Origin: Eledone cirrhosa
Lineage: Eukaryota
Assembly (NCBI GenBank): GCA_964016885.1
Contig: OZ024742.1
Coordinates: 171,306,001-171,370,000, forward strand
Length of the DNA stretch: 64,000 nucleotides
Direction: 5' to 3'
In this document: positions 41,287-53,831 of the stretch, in pieces
Layout of the letters: the number at the start of each line of letters is the position of its first letter
How positions within the stretch are numbered: position 1 is the stretch's first letter
Position numbers and translations under genes: made by a program
The notes under the pieces: generated by a model
Told to the model about the DNA's origin: nothing
What the model saw: only the letters and a program-made list of their open reading frames with translations
The model's database searches: none

Positions 41287-41669
41287 GTGAGGAAGATAAA
41301 AGACCAAGGGAGCACCCCTTCTCTGTGCTCCTGAGGAGAAGGGTTGCACACTTTTTTCGGGGGTGTGTGCGACCCCCCAAGGCGCCTCCTCTCTATTGAG
41401 GATTTTGTTAAAAATTTTATTTTTTGTTATATCTTATTTTATTTTTATATTTTGTTATTGCCTTCTCCTTATTGAGGACGCCTTTTTGTGTAAACTCCCC
41501 CCTTTGTACTTGTCCCACTTTTGATGCCCTAGTGGCAAATAAAAGAAATATATCTATCTATCTATCTACATATCTATATGTCTGTCTGTCTGACTGACTG
41601 TCTCTCTGCCTATCTGTTTATCTGTCTATCTATCTATTTTTCTATCTATCTACCTATCTATCTATCTTT

Positions 41670-42080
41670 CTAGATGCCTTTCTCTCCGGACAACAATTGA
41701 TTCCCTTCTTTAAGTATCACTTTAGAAGGAGAATCAGGGTGGAGAGAGAGGCACTGCACCCCAGTAAATTTACTGAAGGGTGGGTGAATGAAGCGAAAAT
41801 GGCCCAAGTGATTGGGCCTTCTCTGTTTATAAGCCTGTAGGTTGAGGAAGAGAGCAAAAGGAAGAAAGGAGCACTTGCACAACACGCTCCTGGAGTTGAG
41901 GGTTGTTCTATCGACGGGTTATTAAACAACCCATTTATGCCCCTCCCTCCATATTGGGGATTTCGATTGTTGTAATTGTTTTTATATTTTTTACACGACT
42001 GTATGTAAAATCCCCGGCATGTCTTTGTATTGTCCCCTTTTCTTGTGCGTCCTTGTGACTCATAAAGAAATATATCTATC
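41670..42080 (+). mobile_element. Tx1-clade 3' fragment, subfamily E
   Basis: Decayed ORF2 end FLSGQQLIPFFKYHF; ends ATAAAGAAATA|TATCTATC; lies in (TATC/TGTC)n. Confidence 0.85.
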
Positions 42081-42186
42081 TTTCTATCTGTCTGTCTGTC
42101 TATCTGTCTATCTGTCTATCTATCTAACTATCTAGCTGTCTGTCTGTCTGTCTCTCTGTCTACCTGTCTATCTGTCTATCTATCTA

Positions 42187-42480
42187 CCGAGTGAATGGGC
42201 CTTCTCTGTATATAAACCTGTAGGTTAAGGAAGATAAACAGAGGTAAGACGGGAACACCTACAACACGTGTTCCTGGTGTTGACGGTTGTTCTATCCACG
42301 GGGTGTAAAACAACCCCGCAGTAGCGTTACCCACCCCTAATGGGGATTTCAATTGTTTTATTTTATATAGTTTATTGTTATTTATCATTGTTAAAGATTT
42401 TATGTAAAACCTCCGCCGTCACGTCTTGTAATATCCCATTTTTGTGCGCCCCTGTGGCAAATAAAGAAAGATATCTATCT
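42187..42480 (+). mobile_element. Tx1-clade 3' fragment, E-related subfamily
   Basis: CGAGTGAATGGGCCTTCTCTG..GCCCCTGTGGCAAATAAAGAAAGA|TATCTATC. Confidence 0.85.
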
Positions 42481-42595
42481 ACCTGTTTGTTTGTCTTTCT
42501 GTATCTCTGTCTGTCTATCTATCTTGGTAGGTGTTAGAGATGACGAAGATCTTGGTCTCGAGTTCAATCTTGCCCAGGCACTACAAAGTATTTTA

Positions 42596-42920
42596 GTGGC
42601 GAGAATGGCCCGTGTGAATAGACCTTCACTTTACATCAGACTATAGGTGAGGAGATCAAAGATCAAGGGAGGACCTCCTCTCTGTGCTCCTGAGGAGAAC
42701 GGTTGCACACTTTGTTTCGGGGGTGTGTGCGACCCCCCAAGGCGCCTCCTCCCTATTGAGGATTTTGTTATAAAATTTTATTTTGTTATATTTTATTTTA
42801 TTTTTATACTTTGTTATTGCCTCCTCCTTATTGAGGACGCCTTTTCATGTAAACTCCCCCCATTGTACTTGTCCCACTTGTTGATGCCCTGGTGGCAAAT
42901 AAAAAAAAAATTATCTATCT
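42596..42920 (+). mobile_element. Tx1-clade 3' fragment, D-type UTR
   Basis: Matches 41236-41549; ends AATAAA(A)n|TTATCTATCT. Confidence 0.9.
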
Positions 42921-43325
42921 ATATTCACACAATCACAGACAGACTTTCAGAAATCCAGTGTTCGATCCTCCATAGCAGATGGTGACCACATTTTAGCGTC
43001 CATAGTGATATTTCATCCGATTGTGAAAGCTAATATTCATAGATGAGAAATTTCAATATATATAGAAATACGTGCACACACACACACACACACACACAGA
43101 CATATATATACACATACATGCCTACCTTTTAGATAAATTACATTTTCTGGCGTTTCATTAATCCTAAGTTTAACTATTTCTCCGTACATCGTTCCTGTTT
43201 ATCTAACTTACTGGAGACAAGAAGTCTCGACATAGCAAAGCTCTACATATCTATATACTATCTTGTTCTTTCAGTCTTCCTCTCTTTTATTACCCCACCT
43301 CTCCCTCTACCTGTTTTTGAACTTA

Positions 43326-43348
43326 CCCATTCACTCACTGATCGCTTT

Positions 43349-43412
<64 letters not shown>

Positions 43413-43416
43413 TTTT

Positions 43417-43476
<60 letters not shown>

Positions 43477-43500
43477 TCCTCCTTCCTTTCTTTCTTTATT
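43326..43500. repeat. (TTTC)n microsatellite
   Basis: Directly visible. Confidence 0.95.
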
Positions 43501-43984
43501 CGTGCTTGCTTGTTTGCTGCTTTCCTTCTCTCTCTCGTTCACCCCTTCACACACGCACACTCTCTGTATAACCTTATATCTACGGTTCCCCTACACATTC
43601 CTCTGTTAACCAACACTACCAGATTTCTGCGGGTTTAACTCTGCGACTGGCCACCGTTCTGTCCTAGGCAGTGCCTTGTACTGCCACTCGACTTATGCCA
43701 TGAAAAGAAAGAACAATAATCACCGGCGTAATGTGCCTCGAGACAGACGTTAGAAGATTTTAATAAATTGACTGAAGGGCCTTACTTACACTACAGCACC
43801 CATCTCCGTTCCGTTTCAAATAATTGCAATATAGATTAAACTACAGTTTATTGTCAATATCTTACATAAAATTATCAATTGCGTTCGAAATTTGCACTCT
43901 CATTCATTTGTCTTATATTGTTCCAAAAACTACATACAGGAGTTATCTCCCGTCCACATGCAGAGACACGCGTATGTATGTATG

Positions 43985-44490
43985 AGTGCTATTGGTAACA
44001 TGTAACCCAGTACAACCTGTCGCATAGTCGGGTCGTCAGCGACTAAACTGGCAACCCCACCAAGTTTACTTGGTGAGGAGGGTAATTTTAGATACCCTGC
44101 AACACAAAAGACAAAACCTGACTCATAAGAGTCAACGGCCATCCGAAAGTGTGTAAATATGTATATACACATGTACCGCGCGGTTAAACCACTGGGAGTG
44201 AAGAACCCCTATCCTTTGTCAGGGCATTCTTCTAGGAGAAGGCAACCCAGGAAACTGGGATAACTCCGATATAAAACCTGCGGCTCAGTAGTTACCGATG
44301 ATGTTGATCTTTTCTTCTTTTTGGGTTATAGCTACTGTCGCTCAGAGAGTGGGATTGGCTCAGTGCACAGTCTTTCCTCACTTAAAAAAATATCTTCATA
44401 CACAGGCATTGCACGATAGAATTAATTAATAATAGTATATCGTGCAATGGCCATACTCGATAACGAGGGCGCAGCCATCATGTATGTATG
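43985..44490 (+). mobile_element. Bipartite RTE-derived element variant with a different 3' terminus
   Basis: Homologous to 52080-52460; ends CGTGCAATGGCCATACTCGATAACGAGGGCGCAGCCATCATGTATG, also seen at 51883-51925. Confidence 0.75.
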
Positions 44491-45178
44491 TTCTTCTGGT
44501 TTTATAATTTCACAATTTTTTGCCAATAAATGAGAGTCGGTTTCTAACATGGATACAAGACTCTCTCATTAGAATGTACACAACATCAGCTAGATAGATA
44601 TGTATGCAGGTCTGGATGCATGCATGTGTGTGCAGTTATGGATGTTATTGCATGTGGGGATGTGTATGTTTTGAGTTGAATGTGTGCATGTGCATATGCT
44701 TTGTATATGTACAAGTGTATATGCAGTCATTAGATGTAAAATTTTTGGAATATTTTACGTATGTATGTATGTATGTATGTATGTATGTACGTATGTACGT
44801 ATGTATGTATGTATGTATGTATGTATGTATGTATGTATGTATGCATGTATGTATGTATGTATGTATGTATGTATGTATGTATGTATGTTTCTATGCAAGT
44901 ATGTATGTATATACACCGTTATCTAAGCAATTATAATTCATTTTACCAATTATAATTTAAGAAAAATTGCGTTTGTTTTAAATGTATTTTTGCTTAAATG
45001 TTTTGTTTTACTATATATATAATTATTATACTTAAATAATATTTTTGTACATGATGCTTTGAAAATTTGCATTTTAGCCCTTAATGTTCGTGGAGCTTTA
45101 TAGGGTATAATAAGATTGATATAATTTATTACGATCGATATTATTTATATTATATCATATTATATTATATTATATTAT

Positions 45179-45357
45179 GGTGAATTGGCAGTATCGGTAG
45201 AGGGTGCTTTGACGCATAGATTTACGGCCTTTGCCATTCTGAGTTCAAATCCCGCCGAGGTTAACTTTGCCTTTCATCCTTACGGGGTCGATAAAATAAA
45301 GTACCAGTAATGCACTGGTTTATTGCTGGCCTTGTGCCAATAGTAGAAACAATTATA
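45179..45357 (+). mobile_element. tRNA-derived SINE (family 1)
   Basis: Homologous to 1791-1980. Confidence 0.85.
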
Positions 45358-45863
45358 TTATATATATATATATATAAATATAATATATATAAAATCCGTT
45401 CAGCTTGTGTCTTTCAATTATTTTATTTAGTTTTTCTTTTGCTCTCATTGTTTATTTACATTACTACTTCTGTTTATACATACATACACCCTCAATTAAA
45501 AAAAAATATCGTTCAGGTTAATGAAAATTCATCTAAAAAATAGCAAGGGAGAGAACTCTCACAATACACGTCTATATATATATATTCTATGAGCAGTAGT
45601 GTTCTGTACATCCTTAGGTAACAGAACTTTATTTTGCACCTAAAGGTTTTTAGTACAGCCCAGCTTATCGAATTTCACTTAATTAGAAGATTGTCTTTTA
45701 CCTATCCAAACATTGTCAGTCACTGCATGCGTTACTGAGAAGAAATATTCCACTCGAAATGTTTAGCTTTCTCATAGTTTCATCGCCTCATATATTTACA
45801 TAAGAACAGATGTTTTTCTTGTAAGCTTTTAAATATATTTAGGCAGTCAGAGAAGGTGAAATG

Positions 45864-45930
<67 letters not shown>

Positions 45931-46132
45931 TGTGTGTGTTTGTATGTCTATGTGTGAATGTGTGTGTGTGTATGCCTACATACACGTGAAATTATTCAAA
46001 CACACGCCGATATAAGCATGCAAACACACACATACGCACACCCCCACACACATATATATATATATGTACACGCACGCACACACACATACATACACAGACA
46101 TAAGTATGCATGTAATATTTATAGGTATATTC

Positions 46133-46192
<60 letters not shown>

Positions 46193-46460
46193 CCTTGTGG
46201 TTGAGTAAAATTAGTATGCTGGCAGGTGTGCTATTTTTAGCGCTGCTCTCAACTTGTCGCCCGTACATCTTTTAATTTCCTTCATATCGGTCACCGAGCA
46301 CGTGATATAGCGGTCAGTTGTAGGCCTTTTTCTCTTTTTTGAGAGAAAAGTGTTATGTCGATGGTAGATATCCTGGGTACGTAAGATATTTGATATTGGT
46401 CTTGTACTACGAAACTGCAGTAGAGATATGTAAAGCAAGTATAGTTAATTCTTCCGAAGT

Positions 46461-46492
<32 letters not shown>

Positions 46493-46493
46493 T

Positions 46494-47215
46494 GTAGGAG
46501 GTGAGTTTTATTGTAGTACAATAAAGCAATGCAGATATCGGATAAGTAGCACTCTACGTTTTGTAGGACTGGAGTATAAATAATATATAAGATCAAAAGA
46601 TGGTTAAAAGAGTTCCATGTATTTTATTATGCGCATTTCAAAAACAAATATCATCATGCAATAACATTTGCGTTTTCGTCAGATAAAATAGGGAGACACA
46701 TATTATTAAACCCTTAAATATTATTCTTAATACATATTAACAATTTCTTTTCATCGCACATATTATTAAACCCTTAAATATACAAACCTTAATTTAACAT
46801 TATTCTAAATTTTTCTCTTCGTTAATTTTCAAATTCTTTTAATTTATATATTATCTTACAACGGTTTTTTAACTTCTCTCTGTAAAACAATATATTTTTC
46901 TCAGTTATAAAAGCTATCTCTCTCTCTCTATCACACATCTCTCCTCCTATCTCATCCTTCCTCATTATACTCCTCCCCTCCACTTTTTACTCTCATCTCC
47001 TCCTCTCCCCCCCCCTCCAATATCACACATCAATCTAAAACTACTTTTCATATGTTGATTTAAAACTGCACTATTCACAAATGTTTTTTAACCTTCATAT
47101 CATGTATCCCTATTTTATCTGACGAAAAGGCAAATGTTATTGCATGATGATATTTGTTCTTGAAATGCGCATAATAAAATACATGGAACTCATTTAACCA
47201 TCTTTTGATCTTATA
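46494..47215. mobile_element. Two-arm PLE-like insert with hammerheads at 46620-46690 (minus) and 47111-47181 (plus)
   Basis: TATTTTAT-CTGACGA-aAAGGCAAATGTTAT(tgcatg)ATGATATTTGTtCTT-GAAA-TGCGCA-TA-ATAAAATA; arms 46585-46698 and 47103-47216. Confidence 0.85.
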
Positions 47216-47230
47216 TATATATATATATAT

Positions 47231-47414
47231 AACGAAGGAAATGTGGTAAGGAACCAGGTGGACCATAACGCACCAAAGTACTCAATACTTAGGGTAGTAG
47301 AGTGGGTAATAGGAACAAGTAATACCCCGACGGCTGAGCTCAAGCCGTTTCGACGGCTAATTCTGGATTAGCCGTCGAAACGGCTTGAGCTCAGCCGTCG
47401 GGGTCTTACTTGTT

Positions 47415-47420
<6 letters not shown>
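47231..47420. mobile_element. GACGGCT family fold-back insert in (TA)n
   Basis: Long minus arm 47231-47367 and short plus arm 47367-47420. Confidence 0.85.
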
Positions 47421-47484
<64 letters not shown>

Positions 47485-47974
47485 TATATATGAGGCTGAG
47501 GTTGGGTGTGGACGTCATAGTTAAGGCTTGATTGTTTGTGTGAATATTTGTGTGTTGAGGCTCATGTGGGTGCACGCCTGTTGCTTTTACATGTGTCTGT
47601 GGTAAATCGCTGTGAGGGCCTTTGTCGAATAGTTCTCTTGTACATTCTCTCATCTTAACGAATGCGAGGCTTATACTACAACTGGACACGTGGTCGATTT
47701 ACGATATTGATATCGAGCTAGTATATGGAATATACTTCGTTTTAGTCCTAATTAGAAAAGAAGGGCATAGAACTACGTATACCACATGGGCTGTGATACA
47801 TTTACCAGGCTGAACTCTAAAAAATACCAATTCGATATAGTTGTTAATATAATAACTGACACAATACAGATGTGTTTATTGCATATCACTTAAATAAGAT
47901 ATATGCACAAATTCCTATATGCACGTACACACAGATACACACACACATATATATGTAGACTATGCAAAAATACA

Positions 47975-47981
47975 TTTACAA

Positions 47982-48049
<68 letters not shown>

Positions 48050-48139
48050 ACACACATATACACACAGACACACACACATAGACACACACGCACAGACACA
48101 GACACACAAACACACACACACACATACACACACATATAT

Positions 48140-48188
<49 letters not shown>

Positions 48189-48278
48189 ACACACATATAC
48201 ACACAGACACACACACATAGACACACACGCACAGACACAGACACACAAACACACACACACACATACACACACATATAT

Positions 48279-48325
<47 letters not shown>

Positions 48326-48420
48326 ACACACATATACACACGCACAGACACACACGCACAGACACAGACACACAAACACACACACACACACATACACACA
48401 CACATATATATATATATATA

Positions 48421-48468
<48 letters not shown>

Positions 48469-48564
48469 ACACACATATACACACAGACACACACACATAG
48501 ACACACACGCACAGACACAGACACACAAACACACACACACACACACATACACACACACACACAC

Positions 48565-48611
<47 letters not shown>

Positions 48612-48740
48612 ACACACATATACACACAGACACACACACATAGACACACACGCACAGACACAGACACACAAACACACACATGCACACACATGCACACACA
48701 CACATGCACACATGCAAACACACACATGCACACACACACA
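47975..48740. repeat. About 140-bp tandem minisatellite (about 5 units) built from CA and TA microsatellites
   Basis: ATAAACACACACATATACACAC recurs near 48044, 48183, 48320, 48463 and 48606. Confidence 0.85.
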
Positions 48741-48975
48741 ACCCTAGGTTGCTGACTGTGAAAATGGAGAACTGTTTGGTCATTCTTCCTGATCTAAGAT
48801 CTTACACCATGATGGTATGAAACATTCTATCTCGCTCTTCTCAAATTCCTGTCATCTGCACCAATTGCGGCTGGATGTGAACATCAGCCTCAGGACTAAA
48901 GTGATATTACAGGCGTAACCATTACAAATTTAGCTAAGAAGACTGTTGAATCCTCCCGTGTCAATACACATATAT

Positions 48976-49578
48976 ATGGTGGCTGCCAACTCGTTTTCGA
49001 ATAGGGCCACTACTTTATATCCATGTAGAAGAACCCCTACCGATGCGCTGAACAAGTTTGACTTTTTAGTCCAGCCAGCGACTTGAAAACTCTGGTACAA
49101 ACACTACACTTGTGACAATTATTGACACATAGTGCTGGGCCCATGATACCATGTGATGACAAGTGCAGAGAGATCTCCAGATATAAAGCAATGCTTGTGC
49201 CGTGAATCTTTTATAGTGAGCAAAGGCACTGCACAAAGCCAGTCCCACTCTCTTAACCAAGATGATATTTACCAAAAAGAAGAACAAGTCAACATCATTG
49301 GATACCATCAGGGTTGCAGGTATTATATTAGAGTTTTCCTTCTAGAATTCTGCCTTGACAAAGGCAGTATGTCAGGTCACCAGTTGGTGCTACTGGTAAG
49401 ACGTATCCCAGTACAACCTGTCTAATGATCGGGTCGTTGGCGACTAAACTGGCAAACCCACCAAGGTTTCTTGGTGTGGAGGGTGACTTTGGACATCCTG
49501 CAGGACTAAAAACAAAACCTGTCAAAAGGCAAAGGAGCTCTTAAGAGTCAATGACCATCCAAATTCATTGGGATAGAT

Positions 49579-49580
<2 letters not shown>
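48976..49580. mobile_element. Full-length bipartite RTE-derived element with a twin-priming inversion
   Basis: 3' part on minus 48976-49366 and 5' part on plus 49369-49580; together they reconstitute 52065-52676. Confidence 0.85.
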
Positions 49581-49650
<70 letters not shown>

Positions 49651-50084
49651 TAAAAAGGAAAAGAAAATGCTGACAAATTTTTCCCAGTGAAAAATAGTTT
49701 AATTAGGAATAAGTATAAATTAGTAATAATTATTGGTTAGTATTCAGTTTTAGTTTTAAGTTTTTACCGGTTGCGCATTTCTAATGCTTTTCAAAAATAA
49801 TTTTGAGATAGAGCGCTCGTGATGTTTGCTCTAATCTGCATATATATATATATATATGTTTAGCCAGGGTTCTGTCGGGGTTAACCACAGTAGTAATCAG
49901 GAAACCCTGATGATTTCTCCCGAATGAAACAGTTCTAGTCCTTAGAAGCTGTTTATATATATATATATCACCTTGATCACCTTGACCGACCAGTCTGTCG
50001 GGCGGCATTCGGCGCAGCTGGTCACAGCACGTGCTGTTTTAGCCATACGATGACGCCATCCCACACACGTGTGTGTGTGTGTGA

Positions 50085-50565
50085 AGGCGCGCAGCTTTAT
50101 AAGATAGATGGATTCACAATCTTGAGGTTGAAATCTCGATATCTAGACGGGACAATACCTTGTGCTTGTTGGAAAAACCTTTTGTTTCACGTTGCTCCAG
50201 TTCACTGAGCTGGCAAAAATGAGTTGTAGTTATAATTCGAAAGCCAAGCTTCGTCACATCATGTTCCATGCTGAATCTCTCTGAGAACTACGTTAAAGGT
50301 ATGTTTTTTTTGTGGAATGCTCTGCCACATGCACGTTAATTTCACGAGCAGGCTGTTCCGTCGAATATCTCAACAGGAATACTCATCGTCGTAACCGACG
50401 GAATGCCACTACACATACACTCCCATACATCCTCCCATGAATATATATATGGAAGGGTGCGTGGCTTGGATTCACAATCTTGAGGTTGTGAGTTCTAAAC
50501 CAAGACTGGGTAATTCCTTGTGCCCTTCAGAAAGACACTTTACTTCCTGCTCCAGTTCACTCAGT
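50085..50565 (+). mobile_element. Two tRNA-derived SINEs (family 2)
   Basis: GGATTCACAATCTTGAGGTTG..CCTTGTGC..TGCTCCAGTTCACT occurs at about 50110 and 50468. Confidence 0.65.
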
Positions 50566-51172
50566 TGTTTCGGCTTTTGTCTTTCCGTTTGACAACATCG
50601 GTGGCGTGAGTAAAGGACACAGGAATACATGTTCGACTGCTAGTCTTCCAAATACACTTCTACAAATACAATTTGAAACACCAATCCTATAGTAATTCCT
50701 GACCGAACGTTTACATATATATATATATATACCGGAAGACCACGAATCATGGTAGTAGTCAATGCATGGGGAGATGCAGATTTAGTATAGAGATAGGTAA
50801 AATTTTGACTGCGAATGCAAGTGGTTTGTGTGTTCAACAAGCATTTTCAAGAGTGTAACTATACACTTGAAAGGCTTGCTGAATACACACGGTCGGGATC
50901 TTACCCCGCTCTGTTTATCTATATATACATAGATAAAGATAGAGTAATCTTTATTTTTCTATAGATATAGCCACACACAAACACACACACACACACACAC
51001 ATACCCCCCCACCCACACACACATACACATACACACACACACACACATACACACACAGAGATACACACACACACACACTATATATATATATATATATATA
51101 TATTACAAACATGAATGCATACTTACATATACACTCATACATCATGCATAAACACGCACACACACACACGAA

Positions 51173-51278
<106 letters not shown>

Positions 51279-52064
51279 ATCATTCATTTAGTTCGTGATT
51301 AAATCTTTTAGGGAAGAGTTAACAGAAATGATACGATAAGGATATCTGTGTGTGTCTGGACATGTTTGAGAAGAAGAAGAAGAAGAAGAAGAAGAAGAAG
51401 AAGAAGAAGAAGAAGAAGAAGAAGAAGAAGAAGAAGAAGAAGAAGAAGAAGACGAAGATGATGATTTCTTAATGCCACATGGATATATATATTTGTTTGT
51501 GTATATATAAGTGTGTGTATGTATGTATGTATGTATGTATGTATGTTTAGATCATTGGCTGGGCTAAAAAGCCACATTCGATCGCAGCGCTGTTAGTTGC
51601 TATCGTGTGTGTGTGTAGATATGCTTATGTGTGTGCGTGTGTGTGTATATGTATGTGTATATTATTATTGTTGTTGTCGTTATTATTATTGTTGTTATTA
51701 TTTTTATCATTATTATTGTTATTAATGTATGTGTGTGTGTGTGTGTGTGTGAGTGTGTGTGTGTGTGTATATATGCATGTATATGTATATATATATATAT
51801 ATATATTTCTTTTTTTTATTTTCTTATTATTTATTTATTATTATTATTATTTTATTTTATTTATTTATTTTTTCTTTCTCCTCGTGCAATGGCCATACTC
51901 GATAACGAGGGGGCAGCCATCATGTATGTATGTATGCATGCATGCATGTATGTATGTATGTATGTATGTATGTATGTATGTATGTATGTATGTATGTATG
52001 TATGTATGTATGTATGTATGTATGAATGCATGAATGTATGTTTGTATCAGGTCACCAGTTTTGT

Positions 52065-52680
52065 GTCAGGTCACCAGTTGGTGCTACTGGTAACATGTAT
52101 TCCAGTACAACCTGTCCCATGGTCGGGTCGTTGGCAACTAAACTGGCAACCACACCAAGGTTTCTTGGTGAGGAGGGTGACTTTGGACATCCTGCAGGAC
52201 TAAAAACAAAAACCTGTCAAAGGGCAAATAAGCTCTTAAGAGTCAATGGCTATCCCAAATCACCGGGAAAGATGACCCCTTAGCCTTTGTCCAGGCAGAA
52301 TTCTAGGAGAAGGAAAACTCTGATATAACACCTGCAACCCTGATGGTATCCAATGATGTTGACTTGTTCTTCTCTTTGGTAAATATCATCTTGGTTAAGA
52401 GAGTGGGACTGGCTTTGTGCAGTGCCTTTGCTCACTATAAAAGCTTCACGGCACAGGCATTGCTTTATATCTGGAGATCTCTCTGAACTTGTCGTCACAT
52501 GGTTCCAAGGGCCCAGCACTATGTGTCAATAATTGTCACAAGTGTAGTGTTTGTACCAGAGTTTTCAAGTCGCTGGCTGGACTAAAAAGTCACACTTGTT
52601 CAGCGCATCGGTAGAGGTTCTCCTACATGGATATAAAGTAGTGGCCGTAATCGAAAACGAGTTGGCAGCCACCATAAATG
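52065..52680 (+). mobile_element. Full-length (about 610 bp) bipartite RTE-derived non-autonomous element between (TATG)n tracts
   Basis: Structured 5' end, CTAGGAGAAGGAAAACTC motif, C2H2 relic and TATG tail. Confidence 0.8.
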
Positions 52681-52710
52681 TATGTGTGTGTATGTGTGTG
52701 TATGTATGTA

Positions 52711-52741
<31 letters not shown>

Positions 52742-52770
52742 ATGTATGTATGTATGTATGTATGTATGTA

Positions 52771-52801
<31 letters not shown>

Positions 52802-53568
52802 ATGTATGTGTGTGTGTGTGTGTGTGTGTCTTTATGTGCGTTTTTGTGTTTGTATGTTTGTCAGATATCTTAGAGGTTGTACGAAAAATCGATGCAATAA
52901 TGACGGTGGTGGCGATACAATCGACTAAAGTCTTTTAATGTACTGCCCCAGCATGGCCGCAGTCTAGTAACAGAAACCAACCGGTATTAGATAAAAATGT
53001 ACAAGTGTTGCATTTTTGCATTTATTTTACAGGGCTTTCTTAAAGATATCTAATGCGTAAACATGCCTATTTGGATTTTTATCAGATGAAATACGAGTTC
53101 CATTCAACCTGTGTGTTCCATTCTCACAGGAATATCATGCCTGAAGACTGCAGAAAAAAGTTTTACATAGATTATTCCCAGTAGAGATATTAAATGAAGT
53201 AGTTGATGATAACGAGGACGCACCCTTTACGATAAAAGAGCAAAAACTTCAAAAATAAATACGTAAATATATATACATAGTTGTCTTATCTTTTCTAATA
53301 TGAAACGGTTACAGTTGACTCATCTAAAAGCCTGTATTTAAGAAATCACCTCTCATGGGAATCAATTACAATCCATATTAATCAAGGATTAAATTTACAG
53401 CTTTATAGCAAGTGTATTAGCGTATATTCAGCAGTAAGACGTAATCACCTCAACAGATGAAGGGTTATATTTGAACAGTGTCGAAAGCAAATTCCCTTCA
53501 TCCCAATTAAACTGTCGCTCTTGGCGCTATATATGAAATTAAATACTTCTTTCTATCGCCCCCCCCTC

Positions 53569-53619
<51 letters not shown>

Positions 53620-53770
53620 ATCTCTATCGCTCTTTCTCTCTCTCTCTCGTAACTCTGTTTATTTTACTGTCTTCAGAATTTCACATAGCTTAAACTCACC
53701 TTCCCAACACACACACACACACACACAACCCCCTCCCCCCCACACACAGACATACACACCCACACAGATA

Positions 53771-53831
<61 letters not shown>

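Larger units (their letters stand above)
36771..41549 (+). mobile_element. Tx1-clade LINE copy D, 5'-truncated in ORF1, ORF2 intact
   Basis: Both ends abut (TATC)n; contains ORF1, ORF2 and a 3' UTR with AATAAA. Confidence 0.95.

Noticed and set aside
46368-46429. Hammerhead-like GAAAC-TGCA-GTA-GAGATAT
   Set aside because: The upstream core reads CTGGGTA, too degenerate to call.
28322-47420. Recurring palindromes as CRISPR repeats or bacterial REP elements
   Set aside because: The context is eukaryotic, the copies are dispersed, and there is no repeat-spacer periodicity or cas gene.
47890-48783. 250-300 aa YI/CV-repeat ORFs, and similar ORFs across the window
   Set aside because: Dinucleotide microsatellites lack stop codons, so these ORFs are artefacts.
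49901-49954. CTGATGA-tTTC(tccc)GAAt-GAAAC partial hammerhead
   Set aside because: The 3' strand of stem I is missing because the motif runs into TA; it is at most a relic.
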